64,000 nucleotides of DNA from Candidatus Woesearchaeota archaeon (lineage in GTDB: Archaea > Nanobdellota > Nanobdellia > Pacearchaeales > GW2011-AR1), in the NCBI GenBank assembly GCA_964598185.1, contig CAZRAT010000001.1:3419-67418 (forward strand). The letters run 5' to 3'. Shown in pieces: positions 9,333 to 18,712 of the stretch (positions are counted from its first letter, which is position 1; every line of letters begins with the position of its first letter). The notes below the pieces were generated by a model. It saw only the letters and a list, made by a program, of their open reading frames with translations. It was not told the DNA's origin and did not search any database. The position numbers and the translations under genes were made by a program.

Positions 9333-9698
9333 TTATTTAGAATATTTATTAACAGCCTCATCTAATTCTTCTAAATCAAATGGTTTCCCCAAAACAATTT
9401 TCGCTCCCAAATCAAGTGCTTTTTTTTCGACTTCCTCAACATTCCCTGTCATCATAATACAAGGAAATTTTTTCGCATATTTTTCAAGAAATCCCAACCC
9501 ATTTATTTCAGGTATTTTATAATTATAATCTGTAAGTATTAAACTTGGATTTATTTCTTCTGATTCTATTGCCTTATGAGACAACAATCCATTTTCATAA
9601 GTCTCAACATTATATCCCTTAAATATAAGAAAATTTTCTACAAATTCTCTAATAGATTCTTCATCATCCACTACTGCAATTGTTTTTTTATTTTCCAT
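9333..9698 (-). CDS. stand-alone response regulator receiver domain (CheY-like)
   Basis: VVDDE, phosphoacceptor LTDY, MMTG, KPF. Confidence 0.9.
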   Translation of the reverse strand: MENKKTIAVVDDEESIREFVENFLIFKGYNVETYENGLLSHKAIESEEINPSLILTDYNYKIPEINGLGFLEKYAKKFPCIMMTGNVEEVEKKALDLGAKIVLGKPFDLEELDEAVNKYSK

Positions 9699-9704
9699 AG
9701 TAAA

Positions 9705-10311
9705 TTAATCAAAACAAATCTTATTTTTACCTTTCTCTTTAGCCTGATATAATTGTTCATCAGCCCTTTGAATAAATTCTTTAGAAGACTTTTCATCAAT
9801 ATATTGTGCAACCCCAAAACTAGCAGAAACATTAACTCTATTCCCTTGGGGGAAAGAACCTCTTTTCTACCAGCCTTTCTCTAATTCTTTCAGCAAGAAT
9901 AACAGCATTATCTTTTGTAGTTTCTGGTAAAATAACCGCAAATTCCTCTCCACCATATCTACAAGGAACATCTATCTTTCTTATAGAAGATTTAATTATT
10001 GAGCCAATATCTTTTAAGACTTCATCTCCTTCAGGATGCCCATAAGTATCATTATAATTTTTAAAATTATCTACATCCAACATAATTAAAGATAAAGAAT
10101 TATCGTGACGAGTTGAACGTGCCATCTCTTTTGATAAAGAATCATCAAAATACCTTCGGTTATAAAGATTAGTAAGACCATCAGTTATAGTTAAATTTTT
10201 ATACACCTCCACTCCTGCAGAAATTATTTTTTTTATTTCTGGTGAAACGTTATCATTAACTAATAAATTATTCAAAGCAATTATATCCAAAGATTTTTCT
10301 AATTTTTCCAT
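9705..10311 (-). pseudogene. GGDEF diguanylate-cyclase-like gene with a +1 frameshift at a C5 run (pseudogene, programmed/phase-variable, or sequencing error)
   Basis: DGLTNLYNRR, DVDNFK.YND.YGH..GD, RKID I-site, RYGGEEF; after the run at 9848-9852 the +1 frame gives VSASFGVA..RADEQLYQAKEKGKN to a stop at 9705. Confidence 0.88.
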
Positions 10312-10372
10312 AATCTCTTTAGAAATATTTAGTTTAAAAATCTTTCTATTTGTTGTTATTAAAAAGTAGGTA

Positions 10373-12535
10373 CTAATTTTTAGTAACTTCCTTCTTATTT
10401 TTTTCTTCTTGCTTAATTTCTTTTCCTGTTGATTCTGAAACCTCTTTTAATGCATAATCAAAATCTTGTTTTGTAATTATTAAATCTATTTTTTTCTTTG
10501 ATAAATAAACTCTTTTAATTGCACTAGTTCCAGCTTTTCTACAAACTGCTTCTATATCCGCACCATTCCAATCTTTTGTTTTATTAATGTAATCTGAAAT
10601 TTTGAAATTTTTTGCCAAAGGCATTTTTCTTATATGAACTTCGAATATTTTTTCTCTTTCTATTTTAGTTGGAATTTTTAATCTTACAATTGAGTCAATT
10701 CTTCCTGGGCGAAGTAATGCAGGATCTATTAAATCTTGCCTGTTTGTAGCAGCAATAATAATTACTTTTTCTAATTCTTCAACACCGTCTAATTCTGTAA
10801 GCAATTGATTAACAACTTTTTCAGTAGAATCATTCATTGAAGAGCCTCTTAATTTTGAAATACTATCAAACTCATCAAAAAAGATAATTGAAGGAGAAAC
10901 CATTTTTGCCTTTTTAAAAATTTCTCTAACATGTTTTTCTGACTCTCCAACCCACTTGCTTATTAATTCCGGGCCTTTTATTGAAATAAAATTAGCATTT
11001 GATTCATTTGCAACAGCTTTAGCCAAAAGAGTTTTGCCAGTTCCAGGAGGGCCTGTTAAAAGAATGCCCTTTGAAGGATTTATTCCTGCTTTAGAAAACA
11101 AATCAGGTCTTAACAAAGGTAACTCAACTAATTCTCTTAATTTTTCTTTTTCATTTTCTAAACCACCAATATCTTTCCAAGTTGTTTTCGGTTTTTTTAT
11201 TAAAACTTCTCTCATCGCAGAAGGTTCTACAAATTTCATAGCATCAATAAAATGTTGTCTTGAAATTTTTATTTTATCTAATAATTCAGTTGGAATTTTC
11301 TCTTCTAAATTTTTTAGCTGAGAAAAATATGGTTTAATAGATTTTAATCCAGCTTCTTTGCATAAAACTTCTAAATCTGCACCAGTATATCCAATAGTTT
11401 TTTCAGCAATCTCATCAAAATTGACATCTTTATCAAGGGGCATTCCACGAGTATGAATTCTTAAGATTTCTTTTCTTGCGGTTTCACTTGGAGGATTAAT
11501 TTTTAATTCTCTATCAAATCTACCAGGCCTTCTTAATGCTTCATCAACATCCTCTGGCCTATTTGTAGCAGCCATAACTACAACTTGCCCTCGGGATTTC
11601 AAACCATCCATTAAAGTTAATAACTGAGCCACAACTCTTTTTTCTGTTTGATCTATTCCTTCTGCTCTTTTAGGAGCAATAGAATCAATTTCATCAATAA
11701 AAATAATTGTAGGTGCATTCTTCTCTGCTTTTTCAAAGACATCACGAATATGCTTTTCTGATTCTCCATAATATTTTGACATTATTTCTGGACCAGCAAT
11801 AGAATAAAATGTTGAATCTGTTTCTGTTGCAACAGCTTTAGCCAAAAGAGTTTTGCCAGTTCCAGGAGGGCCTGTTAAAAGAACTCCTTTTGGAGCACCA
11901 ACACCTAATTTTTGAAAAACTTCAGGATGCTTCATTGGCATTTCAACCATTTCCCTTACTAATTCAATCTCATCTTTCAAACCTCCAATATCTTCATAAG
12001 AAATCCCTGTAGAAGTTAAATCTCCGGAATAAGCATTTTCTGAAACAATTATTTTTGTTGAGGGTGTAATAATTACATTTTCTTTTGGCAAAATTTTTGA
12101 AACAACATAGCTCAATTTTGTTCCAAAAACATCAATGACTATTTTTTGATTTAATGTTAAAGGCACATCTAATAATCTGCTATGAAAATATTCTGTTGGA
12201 TTAGCACTAAATTTTACTTCTTGCATTGGAGAAAGAGTAATTGTTTTTGCTTCACTTACTTTTGCCAAAGAAATTTCAACTTGTTCTCCAATAGAAGTAT
12301 TTATATTCGATCTTGTTGTTCCATCTAATCTTACTATTTTTTTATTTGTATCTTCTGTATGCGCTCTCATTAGTTTTAAAACAACACTTTTCTTCCCAGT
12401 TACCTCAATCAAATCTCCAGAATTAAATTTTAGAGATTCCATTATTTGTGAAGGCATTCTTGCAATTCCCTTATCAATATCCTCTTGAAGTGATTCAATA
12501 ACTTCAAGTTTTATTCTTCTCTCTTTTTTAGTCAT
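10373..12535 (-). CDS. cdc48: CDC48/VAT AAA+ ATPase, paralog 2
   Basis: N domain plus two AAA modules ([22 protein letters not shown]). Confidence 0.95.
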   Translation of the reverse strand: MTKKERRIKLEVIESLQEDIDKGIARMPSQIMESLKFNSGDLIEVTGKKSVVLKLMRAHTEDTNKKIVRLDGTTRSNINTSIGEQVEISLAKVSEAKTITLSPMQEVKFSANPTEYFHSRLLDVPLTLNQKIVIDVFGTKLSYVVSKILPKENVIITPSTKIIVSENAYSGDLTSTGISYEDIGGLKDEIELVREMVEMPMKHPEVFQKLGVGAPKGVLLTGPPGTGKTLLAKAVATETDSTFYSIAGPEIMSKYYGESEKHIRDVFEKAEKNAPTIIFIDEIDSIAPKRAEGIDQTEKRVVAQLLTLMDGLKSRGQVVVMAATNRPEDVDEALRRPGRFDRELKINPPSETARKEILRIHTRGMPLDKDVNFDEIAEKTIGYTGADLEVLCKEAGLKSIKPYFSQLKNLEEKIPTELLDKIKISRQHFIDAMKFVEPSAMREVLIKKPKTTWKDIGGLENEKEKLRELVELPLLRPDLFSKAGINPSKGILLTGPPGTGKTLLAKAVANESNANFISIKGPELISKWVGESEKHVREIFKKAKMVSPSIIFFDEFDSISKLRGSSMNDSTEKVVNQLLTELDGVEELEKVIIIAATNRQDLIDPALLRPGRIDSIVRLKIPTKIEREKIFEVHIRKMPLAKNFKISDYINKTKDWNGADIEAVCRKAGTSAIKRVYLSKKKIDLIITKQDFDYALKEVSESTGKEIKQEEKNKKEVTKN
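11008..11064. repeat. 57-bp perfect direct repeat, copy 1 (D2 Walker A of cdc48-2)
   Basis: identical to 11827-11883. Confidence 0.95.
11827..11883. repeat. 57-bp perfect direct repeat, copy 2 (D1 Walker A of cdc48-2)
   Basis: identical to 11008-11064. Confidence 0.95.
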
Positions 12536-12912
12536 TTTTTATCAAAAACCACCTCTAAAACTCCATTTTTAAAAGTATGACTAAAATTTTTAGTTTTAAT
12601 AAAATCTGGCAGAGATTTTTTTATTGACCTTCCCTGAAGCAATTTTTGGGATAGATAACCTTGTATTTTTTCAATGTTTTTTTTCTTAATTTTAATTTCA
12701 ATATTTCTTTTAGCAACTATTAAATTTATATCTTCTTTAAAATATCCTGGCAATTCAAAAATAACAAAAATTTTATTTTCAGTTTCTACAAAATCAATAA
12801 TTCTTTCTTCTCTTTCAGTTTGTATCATTTTTTCTGAAGGTTGCAATCTTGAATCACCAAAAAATTCTCTTACAATATTTTCAAAAGGATCTTCTTCATC
12901 AAAAAAACTCAT
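12532..12912 (-). CDS. small heat shock protein (Hsp20/alpha-crystallin)
   Basis: FELPG..KEDI, FKNGVLEV; lies between two cdc48 genes. Confidence 0.85.
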   Translation of the reverse strand: MSFFDEEDPFENIVREFFGDSRLQPSEKMIQTEREERIIDFVETENKIFVIFELPGYFKEDINLIVAKRNIEIKIKKKNIEKIQGYLSQKLLQGRSIKKSLPDFIKTKNFSHTFKNGVLEVVFDKK

Positions 12913-12936
12913 TTTATTTATTCTCCATTTTCCATT

Positions 12937-15228
12937 TTATCCAAGATAACTATTAGCCATCGGCACAGCCGCCTTTGCAGATTTCAAAAAATTCTCTTCA
13001 ACTTTTTTGTAAACATCAAGAGTTGATTTTGTCACACTCGGCTTTATTTTCTTCAATGCCTCATCAAAATGTTTCTTCTTCACTTCTTTAGAACTCATAT
13101 CCTCTCTCAACGCAAGCATCGCAGCCTCACGAACCAACGCCTCCAAGTCAGCACCTGTATAACCAATTGTCTTTTTCGCAACTTCCTTCATCTTCACATT
13201 TTTAGCCAAAGGCATTTTCTTAGTATGAATATCCAAAATCATTTTCCTGCCTTCTTCTTCCGGCGCATTCACCAACAAAATTCTATCAAACCTTCCTGGT
13301 CTTAACAAAGCAGGGTCAAGCATATCAGGACGATTAGTTGCTCCAATAATAAGAATGTCATTCAAGTCCTCCAGCCCGTCCATTTCTGCAAGCAACTGAT
13401 TCAAAACTCTTTCTGTAACTTTTGAGCCAGTCTCATTACCTCTCTTACCAGCCAAAGAATCAATCTCATCAAAAAACACAATACATGGTGCAACTTGTCT
13501 TGCTCTCTCAAAAATCTTCCTCATGCCTTCCTCAGATTTACCAACCCACATACTCAATAACGAAGGTCCTTTAACTTGAATAAAATTTGCCTCTGATTCT
13601 TTTGCAACAGCCTTAGCCAAAAGCGTCTTCCCTGTTCCAGGCGGTCCATACAATAAAATCCCCCTCGACGGACGAATCCCCATCCTTTCAAAACTTTCAG
13701 GATATTTCATTGGCCATTCAACTGCTTCTTTCAATTCCCCCTTCACACTATCCAAACCTCCAACAGAATCCCAATCAACATTAGGCGTCTCAACCAAAAC
13801 TTCTCTCATTGCCGAAGGTCTAACAACTCTAAGAGCATCCATAAAATCATCCTTCTTAACAATTAACTTCGCCAACACTTCTGGAGAAATCTGTTCATCA
13901 CTCTCCATTTTCATATCAGGCAAAACTTTCCTCAAAACACTCATTGCTGCTTCTTTTGTTAATGCTTCCAAATCAGCCCCGACAAAACCATGTGTAACAG
14001 AAGCTATTTCTTCCAATTTAACTTCTTTAGTCAACGGCATTCCTCTAGAATGGATTTTCAAAACAGCCAACCTTCCTTCTTTATCTGGAACATTAATTAT
14101 AATTTCTCTATCAAACCTTCCTGGTCTTCTCAATGCAGGGTCAAGCGCATTAACACGATTTGTTGCTCCAATAACTACAACATTGCCTCTTGATTTCAAA
14201 CCATCCATCATTGTCAAAATCTGCGATACAACTCTTCGCTCAACTTCGCCACTAACATCTTCTCTCTTCGGTGCAATCGCATCTATTTCATCAATAAAAA
14301 TAATTGAAGGAGCGTTCTTTTCTGCTTCTTCAAAAATATCTCTAATTTTTTTTTCTGATTCTCCATAATATTTAGACATAATTTCTGGCCCATTTAATAA
14401 AATAAAATGTGCCTCAGATTCATTTGCAACTGCTTTAGCTAAAAGAGTTTTCCCTGTTCCAGGTGGCCCGTGTAACAAAACACCTTTAGGTGGTTCAATT
14501 CCTAACTTCTGAAAAATCTCAGGGTGCTTTATCGGAATCTCAACCATCTCACGAATTTTTTTAATTTCTTCTTGCAAACCTCCAATATCTTCATAATTAA
14601 TTTCAGATACAATGTCCTCGCTAATTTCAACGGCTTTAGGATTCAAAACAACCTCTGTATTGTCTGTGATAATAACTGGTTGATTAGGATTAGTTGATAC
14701 AACTAAAAATTTAATTTGTGCAACACCTCCTCCTAAATTTCCAAAACCTAAATTTCCTAACATTCCTCCAAACATATCATTAAACTCTCCAAAATCATCT
14801 GACAACAAATCCTGTCTTCTTTGCACCCCGCCTAAAACAACTATATCTCCTTTAATTGTTGCCCGTCCCAAAAGTCCTCTTCTCAAACTTTCTGGGTCTC
14901 CTTTAACCATAATTCCTTTTTGCGCAGGAGCAATCATAATTTTCTTTGCTTCTTTAATTTCAACTTTAGAAACTTCGACAACATCTCCTAAACCACTCTT
15001 TGCATTTTTTCTCAAAATACCATCAATTCGAATAATGCCCTCGCCAACATCAGCAGGGTATGCCCTATCAGCAATGGCAACAGTCGCACGATTACCCTTA
15101 ATCAAAATCACATCCCCTCGCTGAACCCCCAACTCTTTCATCAACTCATGGTCCAACCGAGCAATGCCTTTGTAAACATCGTCCTGCTGTGCTTCTACAA
15201 CTTTTAATTGAATTTTATTTTTTGTCAT
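12937..15228 (-). CDS. cdc48: CDC48/VAT AAA+ ATPase, paralog 1
   Basis: two AAA modules; C-terminal SYLG tail. Confidence 0.97.
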   Translation of the reverse strand: MTKNKIQLKVVEAQQDDVYKGIARLDHELMKELGVQRGDVILIKGNRATVAIADRAYPADVGEGIIRIDGILRKNAKSGLGDVVEVSKVEIKEAKKIMIAPAQKGIMVKGDPESLRRGLLGRATIKGDIVVLGGVQRRQDLLSDDFGEFNDMFGGMLGNLGFGNLGGGVAQIKFLVVSTNPNQPVIITDNTEVVLNPKAVEISEDIVSEINYEDIGGLQEEIKKIREMVEIPIKHPEIFQKLGIEPPKGVLLHGPPGTGKTLLAKAVANESEAHFILLNGPEIMSKYYGESEKKIRDIFEEAEKNAPSIIFIDEIDAIAPKREDVSGEVERRVVSQILTMMDGLKSRGNVVVIGATNRVNALDPALRRPGRFDREIIINVPDKEGRLAVLKIHSRGMPLTKEVKLEEIASVTHGFVGADLEALTKEAAMSVLRKVLPDMKMESDEQISPEVLAKLIVKKDDFMDALRVVRPSAMREVLVETPNVDWDSVGGLDSVKGELKEAVEWPMKYPESFERMGIRPSRGILLYGPPGTGKTLLAKAVAKESEANFIQVKGPSLLSMWVGKSEEGMRKIFERARQVAPCIVFFDEIDSLAGKRGNETGSKVTERVLNQLLAEMDGLEDLNDILIIGATNRPDMLDPALLRPGRFDRILLVNAPEEEGRKMILDIHTKKMPLAKNVKMKEVAKKTIGYTGADLEALVREAAMLALREDMSSKEVKKKHFDEALKKIKPSVTKSTLDVYKKVEENFLKSAKAAVPMANSYLG

Positions 15229-15566
15229 CGTCTATTAAAGTCTAAACTTAACCTCCCCATATCTTCAAAACATAACTTTACCATTTCACTCATTGCTTTT
15301 TCTTGCTCATTCATGAACGAAACAATTTCTTTTGGAATTGAAACAGCATAACTATTTCCAACCAATCTCATCTTAACTCTAAATTCCTTATTTTTTAAAT
15401 CTTTAAATCTATTGTACTCTTGCTCATCAACCGGATGGATAATTTTCTCCTCGCATTTTGGACAAACCATTGCTCTAAACAAAAAATTCCTCTTTACAAA
15501 TTTTGCTTTTTTCATTTTTGTATTGCACTTATTGCAAAGAATTGTGTTGTCAAATATATCTGCCAT
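15225..15566 (-). CDS. Zn-ribbon plus AbrB/MazE-like DNA-binding protein
   Basis: CxxC..CxxC followed by RLVGNSYAVSIPK. Confidence 0.75.
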   Translation of the reverse strand: MADIFDNTILCNKCNTKMKKAKFVKRNFLFRAMVCPKCEEKIIHPVDEQEYNRFKDLKNKEFRVKMRLVGNSYAVSIPKEIVSFMNEQEKAMSEMVKLCFEDMGRLSLDFNRR

Positions 15567-15674
15567 TTTAATAAAAAGGTTTAGTATATACCTTATGTAT
15601 ACACAAAGAAATATACACTATTTAAAGTTTTCCCAATCACACATTTTAAAAACTACAATTTTCTAACCTATTAA

Positions 15675-16298
15675 ATGAAAGGTGATTTGAAAAAATTCTG
15701 GAACAAATTTATTTTCATAGTTTGGAAAGACGATAGCCTAAAAGGTTGGCTCGTCTCAATACTTTTTATTTTCATTGTAATAAAATTTATATTTTTCCCA
15801 GTAATGAGCTTGGCCACCGGAACTTCTCTCCCTCTTGCAATTGTTGAATCCTGTAGTATGTATCATCAAGGAAATCTTTTATCTAACTTTGACACCTGGT
15901 GGGAAAATCACGAATCAAAATACTCTCCACACATAATAAACAATTTAGATTTCCAAGATTTTGTATTCAAAAATGGTTTTAACAAAGGAGACATTTTATT
16001 TATAATAAAAGCAAGACCAGAAAAATTAGAAGTTGGTGATGTGATAATTTTTCAATCAGCCCAAAAAACTCCAATAATCCATAGAATAATTGAAATAAAA
16101 AAAGAAAACAACAAATATCTTTTTTCAACAATTGGCGACAATAATAATGGGCAATTAACTTTTGAGAAAAATATTCAAGAAGAACAATTAATAGGAAAAG
16201 CTGTTTTGAAAATTGCTCCTTATATTGGATGGGGCAAATTAATATTTTATGAACATATGAAACCTAAATCAGAAAAAGGTTTATGTAAAGAAAATTAG
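15675..16298 (+). CDS. signal peptidase I (Sec11/S26B type)
   Basis: TM helix, VESCSM, GDVIIF, PIIHR, GDNN. Confidence 0.88.
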   Translation: MKGDLKKFWNKFIFIVWKDDSLKGWLVSILFIFIVIKFIFFPVMSLATGTSLPLAIVESCSMYHQGNLLSNFDTWWENHESKYSPHIINNLDFQDFVFKNGFNKGDILFIIKARPEKLEVGDVIIFQSAQKTPIIHRIIEIKKENNKYLFSTIGDNNNGQLTFEKNIQEEQLIGKAVLKIAPYIGWGKLIFYEHMKPKSEKGLCKEN

Positions 16299-16332
16299 AA
16301 AAGTTTTTAAAGAGGTTTAATTAAAAATTAAA

Positions 16333-16641
16333 ATGCAATTTTGTCCAAAGTGCGGTACAATTCTTATGCAAAAAAGAAAGAATTTCGGATGTCCTAGATG
16401 TAATTATTCTACTAAGGAAAAAATAAAAATAATTTCTTCTGAAAAAATAGATGCAAGAAAAGAAGTTGCAGTGATTAGAGAAAAAGACATTGACACTAGA
16501 CCAATTACATCCGAAAAATGCGTGAAATGTCCAAACGAAAGAGCATACTTCTGGACTGTTCAGGCACGTGCAGCAGACGAAGCAGAAACAAAATTCTTTC
16601 AGTGCACAAAATGCGGGCATACAACAAAAGATAATAGTTAA
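16333..16641 (+). CDS. tfs: transcription factor S
   Basis: two Zn ribbons; Q.RAADE..T.FF.C. Confidence 0.92.
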   Translation: MQFCPKCGTILMQKRKNFGCPRCNYSTKEKIKIISSEKIDARKEVAVIREKDIDTRPITSEKCVKCPNERAYFWTVQARAADEAETKFFQCTKCGHTTKDNS

Positions 16642-16644
16642 GAA

Positions 16645-16661
16645 CAATGGCCCTGAGAGAT
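16645..16661 (-). repeat. degenerate copy of the tRNA-Lys 3' end (att-like)
   Basis: caatggccctg-agagat vs caatggccctggagggat at 17285. Confidence 0.6.
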
Positions 16662-16728
16662 ATAATAAAAAGTTAATTTTGAGTATTTTGATTTATCATT
16701 TGTTAGAAATACTGTAAATTTATTTTAA

Positions 16729-17154
16729 CTATTTAATTAATATCCTTTTAAATATTCCATCTTTTTTTTGAACAAGAACCTCTAAATTAAATTCTTTTGG
16801 ACCCTCTTTTTTATTATTTTCTTGACTATAACGGTGTGTAATCTTTAAATCTTTTAATCCATCTTCATTATAATCAAATACTTCAATATCTGGCATATAA
16901 CAATCAACAGCAGGAATGGGATGAGTAGTCTTAATTCCTGTTTTTTTACCATCAATTAATAATTCATAATTTCTATAAAAATTCATAAAACCTTTTCTGT
17001 TGACAATTTCCCTTTCATCCCATTTTAAAATTTCTTCTATTTGATCCCCTATAATATCTATCTTATGATATTTCTTACAAGGTTCTGGAGGGGAACATCC
17101 AATAAGATTTAAACCTAAAAGTGCACTTATAACATAAGGGATTATTTTTTTCAT
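16729..17154 (-). CDS. hypothetical lipoprotein-like secreted protein
   Basis: MKK + hydrophobic stretch + LIGC lipobox; DYNEDGLKD (DxNxDG) motif. Confidence 0.65.
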   Translation of the reverse strand: MKKIIPYVISALLGLNLIGCSPPEPCKKYHKIDIIGDQIEEILKWDEREIVNRKGFMNFYRNYELLIDGKKTGIKTTHPIPAVDCYMPDIEVFDYNEDGLKDLKITHRYSQENNKKEGPKEFNLEVLVQKKDGIFKRILIK

Positions 17155-17217
17155 TAAAGAAGATTAAAATTATAGTTTTTAAATCTTTCCCCTGTAGTAA
17201 CTTTTAAGTTATAACTT

Positions 17218-17270
17218 ATGGCCCTGGAGGGATTTGCGGCTTCGAAGAAGTCATCCCTGTGGGAAACCCC
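17218..17270 (-). repeat. duplicate of the tRNA-Lys T-arm/3' end interrupted by a 28-nt family D hairpin (17237-17264)
   Basis: atggccctggagggatttg[cggcttcgaagaagtcatccctgtggga]aacccc vs tRNA atggccctggagggatttgaacccc. Confidence 0.9.
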
Positions 17271-17287
17271 TTGGGGTGAAAATCCAA

Positions 17288-17411
17288 TGGCCCTGGAGGG
17301 ATTTGAACCCCCGACACCTAGATATCTCTGAAACAAGTCCAGTTTAAATTCGCTGAACAAAGTTCATTGTCTTAAGAGTCTAGTGCTCTAACCAGGCTGA
17401 GCTACAGAGCC
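17288..17411 (-). tRNA. tRNA-Lys(CTT) with a 49-nt intron at 37/38 (17324-17372)
   Basis: GGCTCTG acceptor, GCTC/GAGC D-stem, CTAGA-CT-CTT-A, TTCAAAT loop; CTCT/AGAG BHB central helix; no encoded CCA. Confidence 0.93.
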
Positions 17412-17434
17412 ATCATGACTGCGAAGCAACTTAA

Positions 17435-17482
17435 AGGCTGAGGCCTCGAATGAGGTCATCCCGTGGGAAGCTACAGAGCCAT
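17435..17482 (-). repeat. duplicate of the tRNA-Lys 5' end interrupted by a 28-nt family D hairpin (17441-17468)
   Basis: aggctg[aggcctcgaatgaggtcatcccgtggga]agctacagagccat vs tRNA aggctgagctacagagccat. Confidence 0.88.
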
Positions 17483-17569
17483 ACTAAACAATTAAATAAA
17501 AACTTTAAAAATCTTTCATAAAGCATACTATCCAGTTTAGAATTCTTTATTCAGGGGCGGTAGATTAAT

Positions 17570-17836
17570 TCACTTAATCAAACTTTGTATATTCTCAATT
17601 GCGTCTGCAACTTCTCTTCCTTTCTTTGTTAGTTGTATCACTTTTATTCGCCCCTTTTTTTCAAACCCAACTAACTTCAATAACTCAAGTGTCTGCAAAA
17701 TCTTTACTGCATGGCTATAAGTACAATCCACTTCTTTAGCCAATACACTACCATACCTCATCCTTGTATTTTTCGTCAAAGAAACCAACATCATCGCCGG
17801 CTTTCTCCTAAAAAAAATGTCCAAATTATCTTTCAT
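17570..17836 (-). CDS. winged-helix DNA-binding protein (MarR-like)
   Basis: LAKEVDCTYSH...KKGRIK.I.LT.KG. Confidence 0.85.
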   Translation of the reverse strand: MKDNLDIFFRRKPAMMLVSLTKNTRMRYGSVLAKEVDCTYSHAVKILQTLELLKLVGFEKKGRIKVIQLTKKGREVADAIENIQSLIK

Positions 17837-17961
17837 TTTAGGTATTCCAATGTATATATTCAGAAAGTAATATCCTTATAAATGTTTTGTAATATATATT
17901 TTACAGTAGCATAGTAGTGAATTTTAAGAAGTTTTATTAATTAAAAAAATATCTAATATAC

Positions 17962-18570
17962 ATGAAAAAGAAAACAAAAATCCTTGCTGTAGGAGACATT
18001 CACGGAGACACAGGATTAGTAAAAAAACTTGCCCAAAGAGCAAAAAAAGAAAACGTTGATTTAGTGATACTTGCAGGAGACATGACCTTTGTAGAAAACT
18101 CAACAAAAAACCTAATCGGTCCTTTTGTAAAAGCAAAAAAACAAGTTTTATTAATCCCAGGGAACCACGAATCTTTTGCAACTGCAGATTTCTTAGCACA
18201 GATGTATCCTGGAACAAAAAATATCCATGGCTATTCTTTTCAAAAAGGAAATCTCGGAATTTTCGGTGCAGGTGGAGGAAACGTGATAAATATTACACCA
18301 GACAAAGAAATATTCAATGCGCTTCAAAGAGGACATAAGAATATTAAAGATATGGAAAAGAAAATAATGGTAACACATATGCATCACAAAGGAAGCAAGG
18401 CTGAATTCTCAGGTTTTCCCGGTTCAAAGGCAGTAAAAAAAGCCATCAAAGAATTTCATCCAGATATTTTAATCAGCGCACACATTCACGAAGCAGGCGG
18501 ACTACAAGAAAAAATAGGAAAGACAGAGGTTATAAATGTTTCACGAAAGGCTGTTATTTTTGAGATATAA
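17962..18570 (+). CDS. calcineurin-like metallophosphoesterase (Icc-related)
   Basis: DIH, GD, GNHE, H, HIHE motifs. Confidence 0.9.
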   Translation: MKKKTKILAVGDIHGDTGLVKKLAQRAKKENVDLVILAGDMTFVENSTKNLIGPFVKAKKQVLLIPGNHESFATADFLAQMYPGTKNIHGYSFQKGNLGIFGAGGGNVINITPDKEIFNALQRGHKNIKDMEKKIMVTHMHHKGSKAEFSGFPGSKAVKKAIKEFHPDILISAHIHEAGGLQEKIGKTEVINVSRKAVIFEI

Positions 18571-18712
18571 CATCGCGATTAAAGAAATCTAAAGCGTAGG
18601 GGAGTAAGAGAGAGTGAAACAACAAAGAAGGTTGAGATTCAGACGATAAATTTATATAAAAGTAAATCTAAATTAATTTATATTTAAACACAGGTTAAAA
18701 AGGAGACAAAAA

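Noticed and set aside
9838..9840. TAG readthrough (pyrrolysine or recoding) in the GGDEF gene
   Set aside because: The domain continues in the +1 frame rather than in frame, and TAG acts as a normal stop elsewhere in the window
11008..11883. DGR template/variable repeat pair
   Set aside because: The copies are identical with no adenine-specific mismatches, and there is no reverse transcriptase in the window
17154..17360. 68-aa ORF with repeated NPSRAI
   Set aside because: It is a translation of tRNA-Lys and its duplicated 3' end, not a protein gene
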